A stretch of 64,000 nucleotides of DNA from positions 248,001 through 312,000 of the forward strand of contig JBHGNT010000024.1 in assembly GCA_043228905.1 (NCBI GenBank). The letters are read 5' to 3'. Below are positions 12,901 through 26,700 of this stretch, in pieces. Each line of letters starts with the position of its first letter. The stretch's first letter is position 1. A program made the position numbers and the translations under genes. The DNA is from Azolla caroliniana. Lineage: Eukaryota; Plantae; Polypodiophyta. A model generated the notes under the pieces. It did no database searches, had not been told where the DNA came from, and saw nothing but the letters and a program-made list of their open reading frames with translations.

Positions 12901-15900
12901 TGCAAATCGAAGCTAGCAACGCTAGCTATGATATGGAATTAAAAAATCAAGATTTTAAAACTCAGGTCGAGAGACATGATGAAAATAGCAAACTTGAGGA
13001 GGGAGTTGAGAGGAGCCCTTGAGTAAATTAAAATGTTCATACCTGGCTCGTGTGATATCGGATTTTTGTGTTCAAACATGCAAATCGAAGCTAGCAACGC
13101 TAGCTATGATATGGAATTAAAAAATCAAGATTTTGAAACTCAGGTCGAGAGACATGACGAAATTACCAAATTTGAGGAGTGAGCTGAGAAGAGCCCTTGA
13201 GTAAATTAAAATGTTCATACCTGGCTCGTGTCATATCGTATTTTTGTGTTCAAACATGCGAATCGAAGCTAACAACGCTAGCTATGAGATGGAATTAAAA
13301 AATCAAGATTTTGAAACTCAGGTCGAGAGACATGACGAAAATAGCAAACTTGAGGAAGGAGTTGAGAGGAGCCCTTGAGTAAATTAAAATGTTCATACCT
13401 GGCTCGTGTGATATCGGATTTTTGTGTTCAAACATGCAAATGGAAGCTAACAACGCTAGCTATGATGTGGAATTAATAAATCAAGCTTTTGAAACTCAAG
13501 TCCAGAGACATGACGAAATTACCAATTTTGAGGAGTGAGTTGAGAAGAGCTAGTAGGTAAATTAAAATGCTCATACCTGGCTCGTGTCATATCGGATTTA
13601 TCTGTTCAAATATGCGAATCGAAGCTAACAACGCTAGCTATGAGATGGAATTAAAAAATCAAGATTTTGAAACTCAGGTCGAGAGACATGACGAAAATAG
13701 CAAACTTGAGGAAGGAGTTGAGAAGAGCTAGTAGGTAAATTAAAATGTTCATACCTGGCTCGTGTGATATCGGATTTTTGTGTTCAAACATGCAAATGGA
13801 AGCTAACAACGCTAGCTATGATGTGGAATTAATAAATCAAGCTTTTGAAACTCAGGTCGAGAGATGTGACGAAATTACCAAATTTGAGGAGTGATTTGAG
13901 AGGAGCCCTTGAGTAAATTAAAATGTTCATATCGGGCTCGTGTGATATCGGATTTTTGTGTTCAAACATGGAAATCGAAGCTAACAACGCTACCTATGAT
14001 ATGGAATTAAAAAATCAAGATTCTAAAACTCAGGTCGAGAGACATGACGAAAATAGCAAACTTGAGGAGGGAGTTGAGAGGAGCCCTTGAGTAAATTAAA
14101 ATGTTCATACCTGGCTCGTGTGATATCGGATTTTTGTGTTCAAACATGCAAATCGAAGCTAGCAACGCTAGCTATGATATGGAATTAAAAAATCAAGATT
14201 TTAAAACTCAGGTCGAGAGACATGATGAAAATAGCAAACTTGAGGAGGGAGTTGAGAGGAGCCCTTGAGTAAATTAAAATGTTCATACCTGGCTCGTGTG
14301 ATATCGGATTTTTGTGTTCAAACATGCAAATCGAAGCTAGCAACGCTAGCTATGATATGGAATTAAAAAATCAAGATTTTGAAACTCAGGTCGAGAGACA
14401 TGACGAAATTACCAAATTTGAGGAGTGAGCTGAGAAGAGCCCTTGAGTAAATTAAAATGTTCATACCTGGCTCGTGTCATATCGTATTTTTGTGTTCAAA
14501 CATGCGAATCGAAGCTAACAACGCTAGCTATGAGATGGAATTAAAAAATCAAGATTTTGAAACTCAGGTCGAGAGACATGACGAAAATAGCAAACTTGAG
14601 GAAGGAGTTGAGAGGAGCCCTTGAGTAAATTAAAATGTTCATACCTGGCTCGTGTGATATCGGATTTTTGTGTTCAAACATGCAAATGGAAGCTAACAAC
14701 GCTAGCTATGATGTGGAATTAATAAATCAAGCTTTTGAAACTCAAGTCCAGAGACATGACGAAATTACCAATTTTGAGGAGTGAGTTGAGAAGAGCTAGT
14801 AGGTAAATTAAAATGCTCATACCTGGCTCGTGTCATATCGGATTTATCTGTTCAAATATGCGAATCGAAGCTAACAACGCTAGCTATGAGATGGAATTAA
14901 AAAATCAAGATTTTGAAACTCAGGTCGAGAGACATGACGAAAATAGCAAACTTGAGGAAGGAGTTGAGAAGAGCTAGTAGGTAAATTAAAATGTTCATAC
15001 CTGGCTCGTGTGATATCGGATTTTTGTGTTCAAACATGCAAATGGAAGCTAACAACGCTAGCTATGATGTGGAATTAATAAATCAAGCTTTTGAAACTCA
15101 GGTCGAGAGATGTGACGAAATTACCAAATTTGAGGAGTGATTTGAGAGGAGCCCTTGAGTAAATTAAAATGTTCATATCGGGCTCGTGTGATATCGGATT
15201 TTTGTGTTCAAACATGGAAATCGAAGCTAACAACGCTACCTATGATATGGAATTAAAAAATCAAGATTCTAAAACTCAGGTCGAGAGACATGACGAAAAT
15301 AGCAAACTTGAGGAGGGAGTTGAGAGGAGCCCTTGAGTAAATTAAAATGTTCATACCTGGCTCGTGTGATATCGGATTTTTGTGTTCAAACATGCAAATC
15401 GAAGCTAGCAACGCTAGCTATGATATGGAATTAAAAAATCAAGATTTTAAAACTCAGGTCGAGAGACATGATGAAAATAGCAAACTTGAGGAGGGAGTTG
15501 AGAGGAGCCCTTGAGTAAATTAAAATGTTCATACCTGGCTCGTGTGATATCGGATTTTTGTGTTCAAACATGCAAATCGAAGCTAGCAACGCTAGCTATG
15601 ATATGGAATTAAAAAATCAAGATTTTGAAACTCAGGTCGAGAGACATGACGAAATTACCAAATTTGAGGAGTGAGCTGAGAAGAGCCCTTGAGTAAATTA
15701 AAATGTTCATACCTGGCTCGTGTCATATCGTATTTTTGTGTTCAAACATGCGAATCGAAGCTAACAACGCTAGCTATGAGATGGAATTAAAAAATCAAGA
15801 TTTTGAAACTCAGGTCGAGAGACATGACGAAAATAGCAAACTTGAGGAAGGAGTTGAGAGGAGCCCTTGAGTAAATTAAAATGTTCATACCTGGCTCGTG

Positions 15901-17750
15901 TGATATCGGATTTTTGTGTTCAAACATGCAAATGGAAGCTAACAACGCTAGCTATGATGTGGAATTAATAAATCAAGCTTTTGAAACTCAAGTCCAGAGA
16001 CATGACGAAATTACCAATTTTGAGGAGTGAGTTGAGAAGAGCTAGTAGGTAAATTAAAATGCTCATACCTGGCTCGTGTCATATCGGATTTATCTGTTCA
16101 AATATGCGAATCGAAGCTAACAACGCTAGCTATGAGATGGAATTAAAAAATCAAGATTTTGAAACTCAGGTCGAGAGACATGACGAAAATAGCAAACTTG
16201 AGGAAGGAGTTGAGAAGAGCTAGTAGGTAAATTAAAATGTTCATACCTGGCTCGTGTGATATCGGATTTTTGTGTTCAAACATGCAAATGGAAGCTAACA
16301 ACGCTAGCTATGATGTGGAATTAATAAATCAAGCTTTTGAAACTCAGGTCGAGAGATGTGACGAAATTACCAAATTTGAGGAGTGATTTGAGAGGAGCCC
16401 TTGAGTAAATTAAAATGTTCATATCGGGCTCGTGTGATATCGGATTTTTGTGTTCAAACATGGAAATCGAAGCTAACAACGCTACCTATGATATGGAATT
16501 AAAAAATCAAGATTCTAAAACTCAGGTCGAGAGACATGACGAAAATAGCAAACTTGAGGAGGGAGTTGAGAGGAGCCCTTGAGTAAATTAAAATGTTCAT
16601 ACCTGGCTCGTGTGATATCGGATTTTTGTGTTCAAACATGCAAATCGAAGCTAGCAACGCTAGCTATGATATGGAATTAAAAAATCAAGATTTTAAAACT
16701 CAGGTCGAGAGACATGATGAAAATAGCAAACTTGAGGAGGGAGTTGAGAGGAGCCCTTGAGTAAATTAAAATGTTCATACCTGGCTCGTGTCATATCGGA
16801 TTTTTGTGTTCAAACATGCAAATCGAAGCTAGCAACGCTAGCTATGATATGGAATTAAAAAATCAAGATTTTGAAACTCAGGTCGAGAGACATGACGAAA
16901 TTACCAAATTTGAGGAGTGAGCTGAGAAGAGCCCTTGAGTAAATTAAAATGTTCATACCTGGCTCGTGTGATATCGGATTTTTGTGTTCAAACATGCAAA
17001 TTGAAGCTGGCGACGCTACCTATGATATGGAATTAAAAAATCAAGATTTTGAAACTCAGGTCGAGAGACATGACGAAAATAGCAAACTTGAGGAGGGAGT
17101 TGAGAGGAGCCCTTGAGTAAATTAAAATGTTCATACCTGGCTCGTGTGATATCGGATTTTTGTGTTCAAACATGCCAATCGAAGCTAACAACGCTAGCTA
17201 TGATGTGGAATTAATAAATCAAGCTTTTGAAACTCAAGTCCAGAGACATGACGAAATTACCAATTTTGAGGAGTGAGTTGAGAAGAGCTAGTAGGTAAAT
17301 TAAAATGCTCATACCTGGCTCGTGTCATATCGGATTTATCTGTTCAAATATGCGAATCGAAGCTAACAACGCTAGCTATGAGATGGAATTAAAAAATCAA
17401 GATTTTGAAACTCAGGTCGAGAGACATGACGAAAATAGCAAACTTGAGGAAGGAGTTGAGAAGAGCTAGTAGGTAAATTAAAATGTTCATACCTGGCTCG
17501 TGTGATATCGGATTTTTGTGTTCAAACATGCAAATGGAAGCTAACAACGCTAGCTATGATGTGGAATTAATAAATCAAGCTTTTGAAACTCAGGTCGAGA
17601 GATGTGACGAAATTACCAAATTTGAGGAGTGATTTGAGAGGAGCCCTTGAGTAAATTAAAATGTTCATATCGGGCTCGTGTGATATCGGATTTTTGTGTT
17701 CAAACATGGAAATCGAAGCTAACAACGCTAGCTATGATATGGAATTAAAA
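9960..17750 (+). repeat. HOR domain B: 7-monomer HOR (1246 bp), just over 6 near-identical tandem copies
   Basis: Marker GATTCTAAAA at 10281, 11527, 12773, 14019, 15265 and 16511, each exactly 1246 (7x178) apart. CATGGAAATC, CATGATGAAA and two AATAAATCAAGCTTT motifs recur with the same period. Confidence 0.95.
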
Positions 17751-20700
17751 AATCAAGATTTTAAAACTCAAGTCCAGAGACATGACGAAATTACCTAATT
17801 TGAGGAGTGAGTTGAGAAGAGCTAGTAGGTAAATTTAAATGTTCATACCTGGCTCGTGTCATATCGGATTTATGTGTTCAAATATGTGAATCGAAGCTAA
17901 CAACGCTAGCTATGATATGGAATTAAAAAAATCAAGATTTTGAAATTCAGGTCCAGAGACATGACCACAATAGCAAACCTGAGGAGGGAGTTGAGAGGAG
18001 CCCTTGAGTAAATTAAAATGTTCATACCTGGCTCGTGTGATATCGGACGTTTGTGTTCAAACATGCAAATGGAAGCTAACAACGCTAGCTATGATGTGGA
18101 ATTAAAAAATCAAGAATTTGAAACTCAGGTCGAGAGATGTGACGAAATTACCAAATTTGAGGAGTGATTTGAGAGGAGCCCTTGAGTAAATTAAAATGTT
18201 CATACCTGGCTCGTGTGATATCGGATTTCTGTGTTCAAACATGCAAATGGAAGCTAACAACGCTAGCTATGATATGGAATTAAAAATCAAGATTTTAAAA
18301 CTCAGGTCGAGAGACATGACGAAAATAGCAAACTTGAGGAGGGCGTTGAGAGGAGCCCTTGAGTAAATTAAAATGTTCATACCTGGCTCGTGTGATATCG
18401 GATTTTTGTGTTCAAACATGTAAATCGAAGCTGGCGACGCTACCTATGATATGGAATTAAAAAATCAAGATTTTGAAACTCAAGTCGAGAGACATAACGA
18501 AAATAGCAAACTTGAGGAGGGAGTTGAGAGGAGCCCTTGAGTAAATTAAAATGTTCATACCTGGCTCTTGTGATATCGGATTTTTGTGATCAAACATGCG
18601 AATCGAAGCTAACAACGCTAGCTATGATATGGAATTTAAAAATCAAGATTTTAAAAGTCAAGTCCAGAGACATGACCACAATAGCAAACCTGAGGAGGGA
18701 GTTGAGAGGAGCCCTTCAGTAAATTAAAATGTTCATACCTGGCTCGTGTGATATCGGATTTTTGTGTTCAAACATGCAAATGGAAGCTAACAACGCTAGC
18801 TATGTTGTGGAATTAAAAAATCAAGATTTTGAAACTCAAGTCCAGAGACATGACGAAATTACCAATTTTGAGGAGTGAGTTGAGAAGAGCTAGTAGGTAA
18901 ATTAAAATGCTCATTCCTGGCTCGTGTGATATCGGATTTTTGTGTTCAAACATGCGAATCGAAGCTAGCGACGCTACCTATGATATGGAATTAAAAAATC
19001 AAGATTTTGAAACTCAGGTCGAGAGACATGACGAAAATAGCAAACTTGAGGAAGGACTTGAGAAGAGCTAGTAGGTAAATTAAAATGTTCATACCTGGCT
19101 CGTGTGATATCGGATTTTTGTGTTCAAACATGCAAATCGAAGCTAACAACGCTAGCTATGATATGGAATTAAAAAATCAAGAATTTGAAATTCAGGTCGA
19201 GAGATGTGACGAAATTACCAAATTTGAGGAGTGATTTGAGAGGAGCCCTTGAGTAAATTAAAATGTTCATACCTGGCTCGTGTGATATCGGATTTTTGTG
19301 TTCAAACATGCAAATGGAAGCTAACAACGCTAGCTATGATATGGAATTAAAAATCAAGATTTTAAAACTCAGGTCGAGAGACATGACGAAAATAGCAAAC
19401 TTGAGGAGGGCGTTGAGAGGAGCCCTTGAGTAAATTAAAATGTTCATACCTGGCTCGTGTGATATCCGATTTTTGTGTTCAAACATGCGAATCGAAGCTG
19501 GCGACGCTACCTATGATATGGAATTAAAAAATCAAGATTTTGAAACTCAGGTCGAGAGACATGACGAAAATAGCAAACTTGAGGAAGGAGTTGAGAAGAG
19601 CCCTTGAGTAAATTAAAATGTTCATACCTGGCTCGTGTGATATCGAATTTTTGTGTTCAAACATGCGAATCGAAGCTAACAACGCTACCTATGATATGGA
19701 ATTAAAAAATCAAGATTTTAAAACTCAGGTCGAGAGACATGACGAAAATAGCAAACTTGAGGAGGGAGTTGATAGGAGCCCTTGAGTAAATTAAAATGTT
19801 CATACCTGGCTCGTGTGATATCGGCTTTTTGTGTTCAAACATGCAAATCGAAACTAACAACGCTAACTATGAGATGGAATTAAAAAATCAAGATTTTGAA
19901 ACTCAGGTCGAGAGACATGACGAAAATAGCAAACTTGAGGAAGGAGTTGAGAAGAGCTAGTAGGTAAATTAAAATGTTCATACCTGGCTCGTGTGATATC
20001 GGATTTTTGTGTTCAAACATGCAAATGGAAGCTAACAACGCTCGCTATGATATGGAATTAAAAAATCAAGAATTTGAAACTCAGGTCGAGAGACATGACG
20101 AAATTACCAAATTGGAGGAGTGAGTTGAGAAGAGGTAGTAGGTAAATTAAAATGTTCATACCTGGCTCGTGTGATATCGGATTTTTGTGTTCAAACATGC
20201 AAATGGAAGCTAACAACGCTAGGTATGATGTGGAATTAAAAAATCAAGATTTTGAAACTCAGGTCGAGAGACATGACGAAAATAGCAAACTTGAGGAGGG
20301 AGTTGAGAGGAGCCCTTGAGTAAATTAAAATGTTCATACCTGGCTCTTGTGATATTGGATTTTTGTGTTCAAACATGCAAATCGAACCTAGCAACGCTAG
20401 CTATGATATGGAATTAAAAATCCAAGATTTTGAAACTCAGGTCGAGAGACATGACGAAAATAGCAAACTTGAGGAGGGAGTTGAGAGGAGCACTTGAGTA
20501 AATTAAAATGTTCATACCTGGCTCGTGTGATATCGGATTTTTGTGTTCAAACATGCGAATCGAAGCTGGCGACGCTACCTATGATATGGAATTAAAAAAT
20601 CAAGATTTTGAAACTCAGGTCGAGAGACATGACGAAATTACCAAATTTGAGGAGTGATTTGAGAGGAGCCCTTGAGTAAATTAAAATGTTCATACCTGGC

Positions 20701-23700
20701 TCGTGTGATATCAGATTTTTGTGTTCAAACATGCGAATCGAAGCTAGCGACGCTACCTATGATATGGAATTAAAAAATCAAGATTTTGAAACTCAGGTCG
20801 AGAGACATGACGAAAATAGCAAACTTGAGGAAGGACTTGAGAAGAGCTAGTAGGTAAATTAAAATGTTCATACCTGGCTCGTGTGATATCGGATTTTTGT
20901 GTTCAAACATGCAAATCGAAGCTAACAACGCTAGCTATGATATGGAATTAAAAAATCAAGAATTTGAAACTTAGGTCGAGAGATGTGACGAAATTACCAA
21001 ATTTGAGGAGTGATTTGAGAGGAGCCCTTGAGTAAATTAAAATGTTCATACCTGGCTCGTGTGATATCGGATTTTTGTGTTCAAACATGCAAATGGAAGC
21101 TAACAACGCTAGCTATGATATGGAATTAAAAATCAAGATTTTAAAACTCAGGTCGAGAGACATGACGAAAATAGCAAACTTGAGGAGGGCGTTGAGAGGA
21201 GCCCTTGAGTAAATTAAAATGTTCATACCTGGCTCGTGTGATATCGGCTTTTTGTGTTCAAACATGCAAATCGAAACTAACAACGCTAACTATGAGATGG
21301 AATTAAAAAATCAAGATTTTGAAACTCAGGTCGAGAGACATGACGAAAATAGCAAACTTGAGGAAGGAGTTGAGAAGAGCCCTTGAGTAAATTAAAATGT
21401 TCATACCTGGCTCGTGTGATATCGAATTTTTGTGTTCAAACATGCGAATCGAAGCTAACAACGCTACCTATGATATGGAATTAAAAAATCAAGATTTTAA
21501 AACTCAGGTCGAGAGACATGACGAAAATAGCAAACTTGAGGAGGGAGTTGATAGGAGCCCTTGAGTAAATTAAAATGTTCATACCTGGCTCGTGTGATAT
21601 CGGCTTTTTGTGTTCAAACATGCAAATCAAAACTAACAACGCTAACTATGAGATGGAATTAAAAAATCAAGATTTTGAAACTCAGGTCGAGAGACATGAC
21701 GAAAATAGCAAACTTGAGGAAGGAGTTGAGAAGAGCTAGTAGGTAAATTAAAATGTTCATACCTGGCTCGTGTGATATCGGTTTTTGTGTTCAAACATGC
21801 CAATCGAAGCTAACAACGCTCGCTATGATATGGAATTAAAAAATCAAGAATTTGAAACTCAGGTCGAGAGACATGACGAAATTACCAAATTGGAGGGGTG
21901 AGTTGAGAAGAGGTAGTAGGTAAATTAAAAGGTTCATACCTGGCTCGTGTGATATCGGATTTTTGTGTCCAAACATGCAAATGGAAGCTAACAACGCTAG
22001 GTATGATGTGGAATTAAAAAATCAAGATTTTGAAACTCAGGTCGAGAGACATGACGAAAATAGCAAACTTGAGGAGGGAGTTGAGAGGAGCCCTTGAGTA
22101 AATTAAAATGTTCATACCTGGCTCGTGTGATATCGGATTTTTGTGTTCAAACATGCAAATGGAAGCTAACAACGCTAGCTATGATATGGAATTAAAAATC
22201 AAGATTTTAAAACTCAGGTCGAGAGACATGACGAAAATAGCAAACTTGAGGAGGGCGTTGAGAGGAGCCCTTGAGTAAATTAAAATGTTCATACCTGGCT
22301 CGTGTGATATCGGATTTTTGTGTTCAAACATGTAAATCGAAGCTGGGGACGCTACCTATGATATGGAATTAAAAAATCAAGATTTTGAAACTCAAGTCGA
22401 GAGACATAACGAAAATAGCAAACTTGAGGAGGGAGTTGAGAGGAGCCCTTGAGTAAATTAAAATGTTCATACCTGGCTCTTGTGATATCGGATTTTTGTG
22501 ATCAAACATGCGAATCGAAGCTAACAACGCTAGCTATGATATGGAATTTAAAAATCAAGATTTTAAAAGTCAAGTCCAGAGACATGACCACAATAGCAAA
22601 CCTGAGGAGGGAGTTGAGAGGAGCCCTTCAGTAAATTAAAATGTTCATACCTGGCTCGTGTGATATCGGATTTTTGTGTTCAAACATGCAAATGGAAGCT
22701 AACAACGCTAGCTATGTTGTGGAATTAAAAAATCAAGATTTTGAAACTCAAGTCCAGAGACATGACGAAATTACCAATTTTGAGGAGTGAGTTGAGAAGA
22801 GCTAGTAGGTAAATTAAAATGCTCATTCCTGGCTCGTGTGATATCGGATTTTTGTGTTCAAACATGCGAATCGAAGCTAGCGACGCTACCTATGATATGG
22901 AACTAAAAAATCAAGATTTTGAACCTCAGGTCGAGAGACATGACGAAAATAGCAAACTTGAGGAGGGAGTTGAGAGGAGCCCTTGAGTAAATTAAAATGT
23001 TCATACCTGGCTCGTGTGATATCGGATTTTTGTGTTCAAACATGCAAATGGAAGCTAACAACGCTCGCTATGATATGGAATTAAAAAATCAAGAATTTGA
23101 AACTCAGGTCGAGAGACATGACGAAATTACCAAATTGGAGGAGTGAGTTGAGAAGAGGTAGTAGGTAAATTAAAATGTTCATACCTGGCTCGTGTGATAT
23201 CGGATTTTTGTGTTCAAACATGCAAATGGAAGCTAACAACGCTAGGTATGATGTGGAATTAAAAAATCAAGATTTTGAAACTCAGGTCGAGAGACATGAC
23301 GAAAATAGCAAACTTGAGGAGGGAGTTGAGAGGAGCCCTTGAGTAAATTAAAATGTTCATACCTGGCTCTTGTGATATTGGATTTTTGTGTTCAAACATG
23401 CAAATCGAACCTAGCAACGCTAGCTATGATATGGAATTAAAAATCCAAGATTTTGAAACTCAGGTCGAGAGACATGACGAAAATAGCAAACTTGAGGAGG
23501 GAGTTGAGAGGAGCACTTGAGTAAATTAAAATGTTCATACCTGGCTCGTGTGATATCGGATTTTTGTGTTCAAACATGCGAATCGAAGCTGGCGACGCTA
23601 CCTATGATATGGAATTAAAAAATCAAGATTTTGAAACTCAGGTCGAGAGACATGACGAAATTACCAAATTTGAGGAGTGATTTGAGAGGAGCCCTTGAGT

Positions 23701-26700
23701 AAATTAAAATGTTCATACCTGGCTCGTGTGATATCAGATTTTTGTGTTCAAACATGCGAATCGAAGCTAGCGACGCTACCTATGATATGGAATTAAAAAA
23801 TCAAGATTTTGAAACTCAGGTCGAGAGACATGACGAAAATAGCAAACTTGAGGAAGGACTTGAGAAGAGCTAGTAGGTAAATTAAAATGTTCATACCTGG
23901 CTCGTGTGATATCGGATTTTTGTGTTCAAACATGCAAATCGAAGCTAACAACGCTAGCTATGATATGGAATTAAAAAATCAAGAATTTGAAACTTAGGTC
24001 GAGAGATGTGACGAAATTACCAAATTTGAGGAGTGATTTGAGAGGAGCCCTTGAGTAAATTAAAATGTTCATACCTGGCTCGTGTGATATCGGATTTTTG
24101 TGTTCAAACATGCAAATGGAAGCTAACAACGCTAGCTATGATATGGAATTAAAAATCAAGATTTTAAAACTCAGGTCGAGAGACATGACGAAAATAGCAA
24201 ACTTGAGGAGGGCGTTGAGAGGAACCCTTGAGTAAATTAAAATGTTCATACCTGGCTCGTGTGATATCGGCTTTTTGTGTTCAAACATGCAAATCGAAAC
24301 TAACAACGCTAACTATGAGATGGAATTAAAAAATCAAGATTTTGAAACTCAGGTCGAGAGACATGACGAAAATAGCAAACTTGAGGAAGGAGTTGAGAAG
24401 AGCCCTTGAGTAAATTAAAATGTTCATACCTGGCTCGTGTGATATCGAATTTTTGTGTTCAAACATGCGAATCGAAGCTAACAACGCTACCTATGATATG
24501 GAATTAAAAAATCAAGATTTTAAAACTCAGGTCGAGAGACATGACGAAAATAGCAAACTTGAGGAGGGAGTTGATAGGAGCCCTTGAGTAAATTAAAATG
24601 TTCATACCTGGCTCGTGTGATATCGGCTTTTTGTGTTCAAACATGCAAATCAAAACTAACAACGCTAACTATGAGATGGAATTAAAAAATCAAGATTTTG
24701 AAACTCAGGTCGAGAGACATGACGAAAATAGCAAACTTGAGGAGGGAGTTGAGAGGAGCCCTTGAGTAAATTAAAATGTTCATACCTGGCTCGTGTGATA
24801 TCGGTTTTTGTGTTCAAACATGCCAATCGAAGCTAACAACGCTCGCTATGATATGGAATTAAAAAATCAAGAATTTGAAACTCAGGTCGAGAGACATGAC
24901 GAAATTACCAAATTGGAGGGGTGAGTTGAGAAGAGGTAGTAGGTAAATTAAAAGGTTCATACCTGGCTCGTGTGATATCGGATTTTTGTGTCCAAACATG
25001 CAAATGGAAGCTAACAACGCTAGGTATGATGTGGAATTAAAAAATCAAGATTTTGAAACTCAGGTCGAGAGACATGACGAAAATAGCAAACTTGAGGAGG
25101 GAGTTGAGAGGAGCCCTTGAGTAAATTAAAATGTTCATACCTGGCTCGTGTGATATCGGATTTTTGTGTTCAAACATGCAAATGGAAGCTAACAACGCTA
25201 GGTATGATATGGAATTAAAAAATCAAGATTTTGAAACTCAGGTCGAGAGACATGACGAAAATAGCAAACTTGAGGAGGGAGTTGAGAGGAGCACTTGAGT
25301 AAATTAAAATGTTCATACCTGGCTCGTGTGATATCGGATTTTTGTGTTCAAACATGCGAATCGAAGCTGGCGACGCTACCTATGATATGGAATTAAAAAA
25401 TCAAGATTTTGAAACTCAGGTCGAGAGACATGACGAAATTACCAAATTTGAGGAGTGATTTGAGAGGAGCCCTTGAGTAAATTAAAATGTTCATACCTGG
25501 CTCGTGTGATATCAGATTTTTGTGTTCAAACATGCGAATCGAAGCTAGCGACGCTACCTATGATATGGAATTAAAAAATCAAGATTTTGAAACTCAGGTC
25601 GAGAGACATGACGAAAATAGCAAACTTGAGGAAGGACTTGAGAAGAGCTAGTAGGTAAATTAAAATGTTCATACCTGGCTCGTGTGATATCGGATTTTTG
25701 TGTTCAAACATGCAAATCGAAGCTAACAACGCTAGCTATGATATGGAATTAAAAAATCAAGAATTTGAAACTTAGGTCGAGAGATGTGACGAAATTACCA
25801 AATTTGAGGAGTGATTTGAGAGGAGCCCTTGAGTAAATTAAAATGTTCATACCTGGCTCGTGTGATATCGGATTTTTGTGTTCAAACATGCAAATGGAAG
25901 CTAACAACGCTAGCTATGATATGGAATTAAAAATCAAGATTTTAAAACTCAGGTCGAGAGACATGACGAAAATAGCAAACTTGAGGAGGGCGTTGAGAGG
26001 AACCCTTGAGTAAATTAAAATGTTCATACCTGGCTCGTGTGATATCGGCTTTTTGTGTTCAAACATGCAAATCGAAACTAACAACGCTAACTATGAGATG
26101 GAATTAAAAAATCAAGATTTTGAAACTCAGGTCGAGAGACATGACGAAAATAGCAAACTTGAGGAAGGAGTTGAGAAGAGCCCTTGAGTAAATTAAAATG
26201 TTCATACCTGGCTCGTGTGATATCGAATTTTTGTGTTCAAACATGCGAATCGAAGCTAACAACGCTAGCTATGATATGGAATTAAAAAATCAAGATTTTA
26301 AAACTCAGGTCGAGAGACATGACGAAAATAGCAAACTTGAGGAGGGAGTTGATAGGAGCCCTTGAGTAAATTAAAATGTTCATACCTGGCTCGTGTGATA
26401 TCGGCTTTTTGTGTTCAAACATGCAAATCAAAACTAACAACGCTAACTATGAGATGGAATTAAAAAATCAAGATTTTGAAACTCAGGTCGAGAGACATGA
26501 CGAAAATAGCAAACTTGAGGAGGGAGTTGAGAGGAGCCCTTGAGTAAATTAAAATGTTCATACCTGGCTCGTGTGATATCGGTTTTTGTGTTCAAACATG
26601 CCAATCGAAGCTAACAACGCTCGCTATGATATGGAATTAAAAAATCAAGAATTTGAAACTCAGGTCGAGAGACATGACGAAATTACCAAATTGGAGGGGT

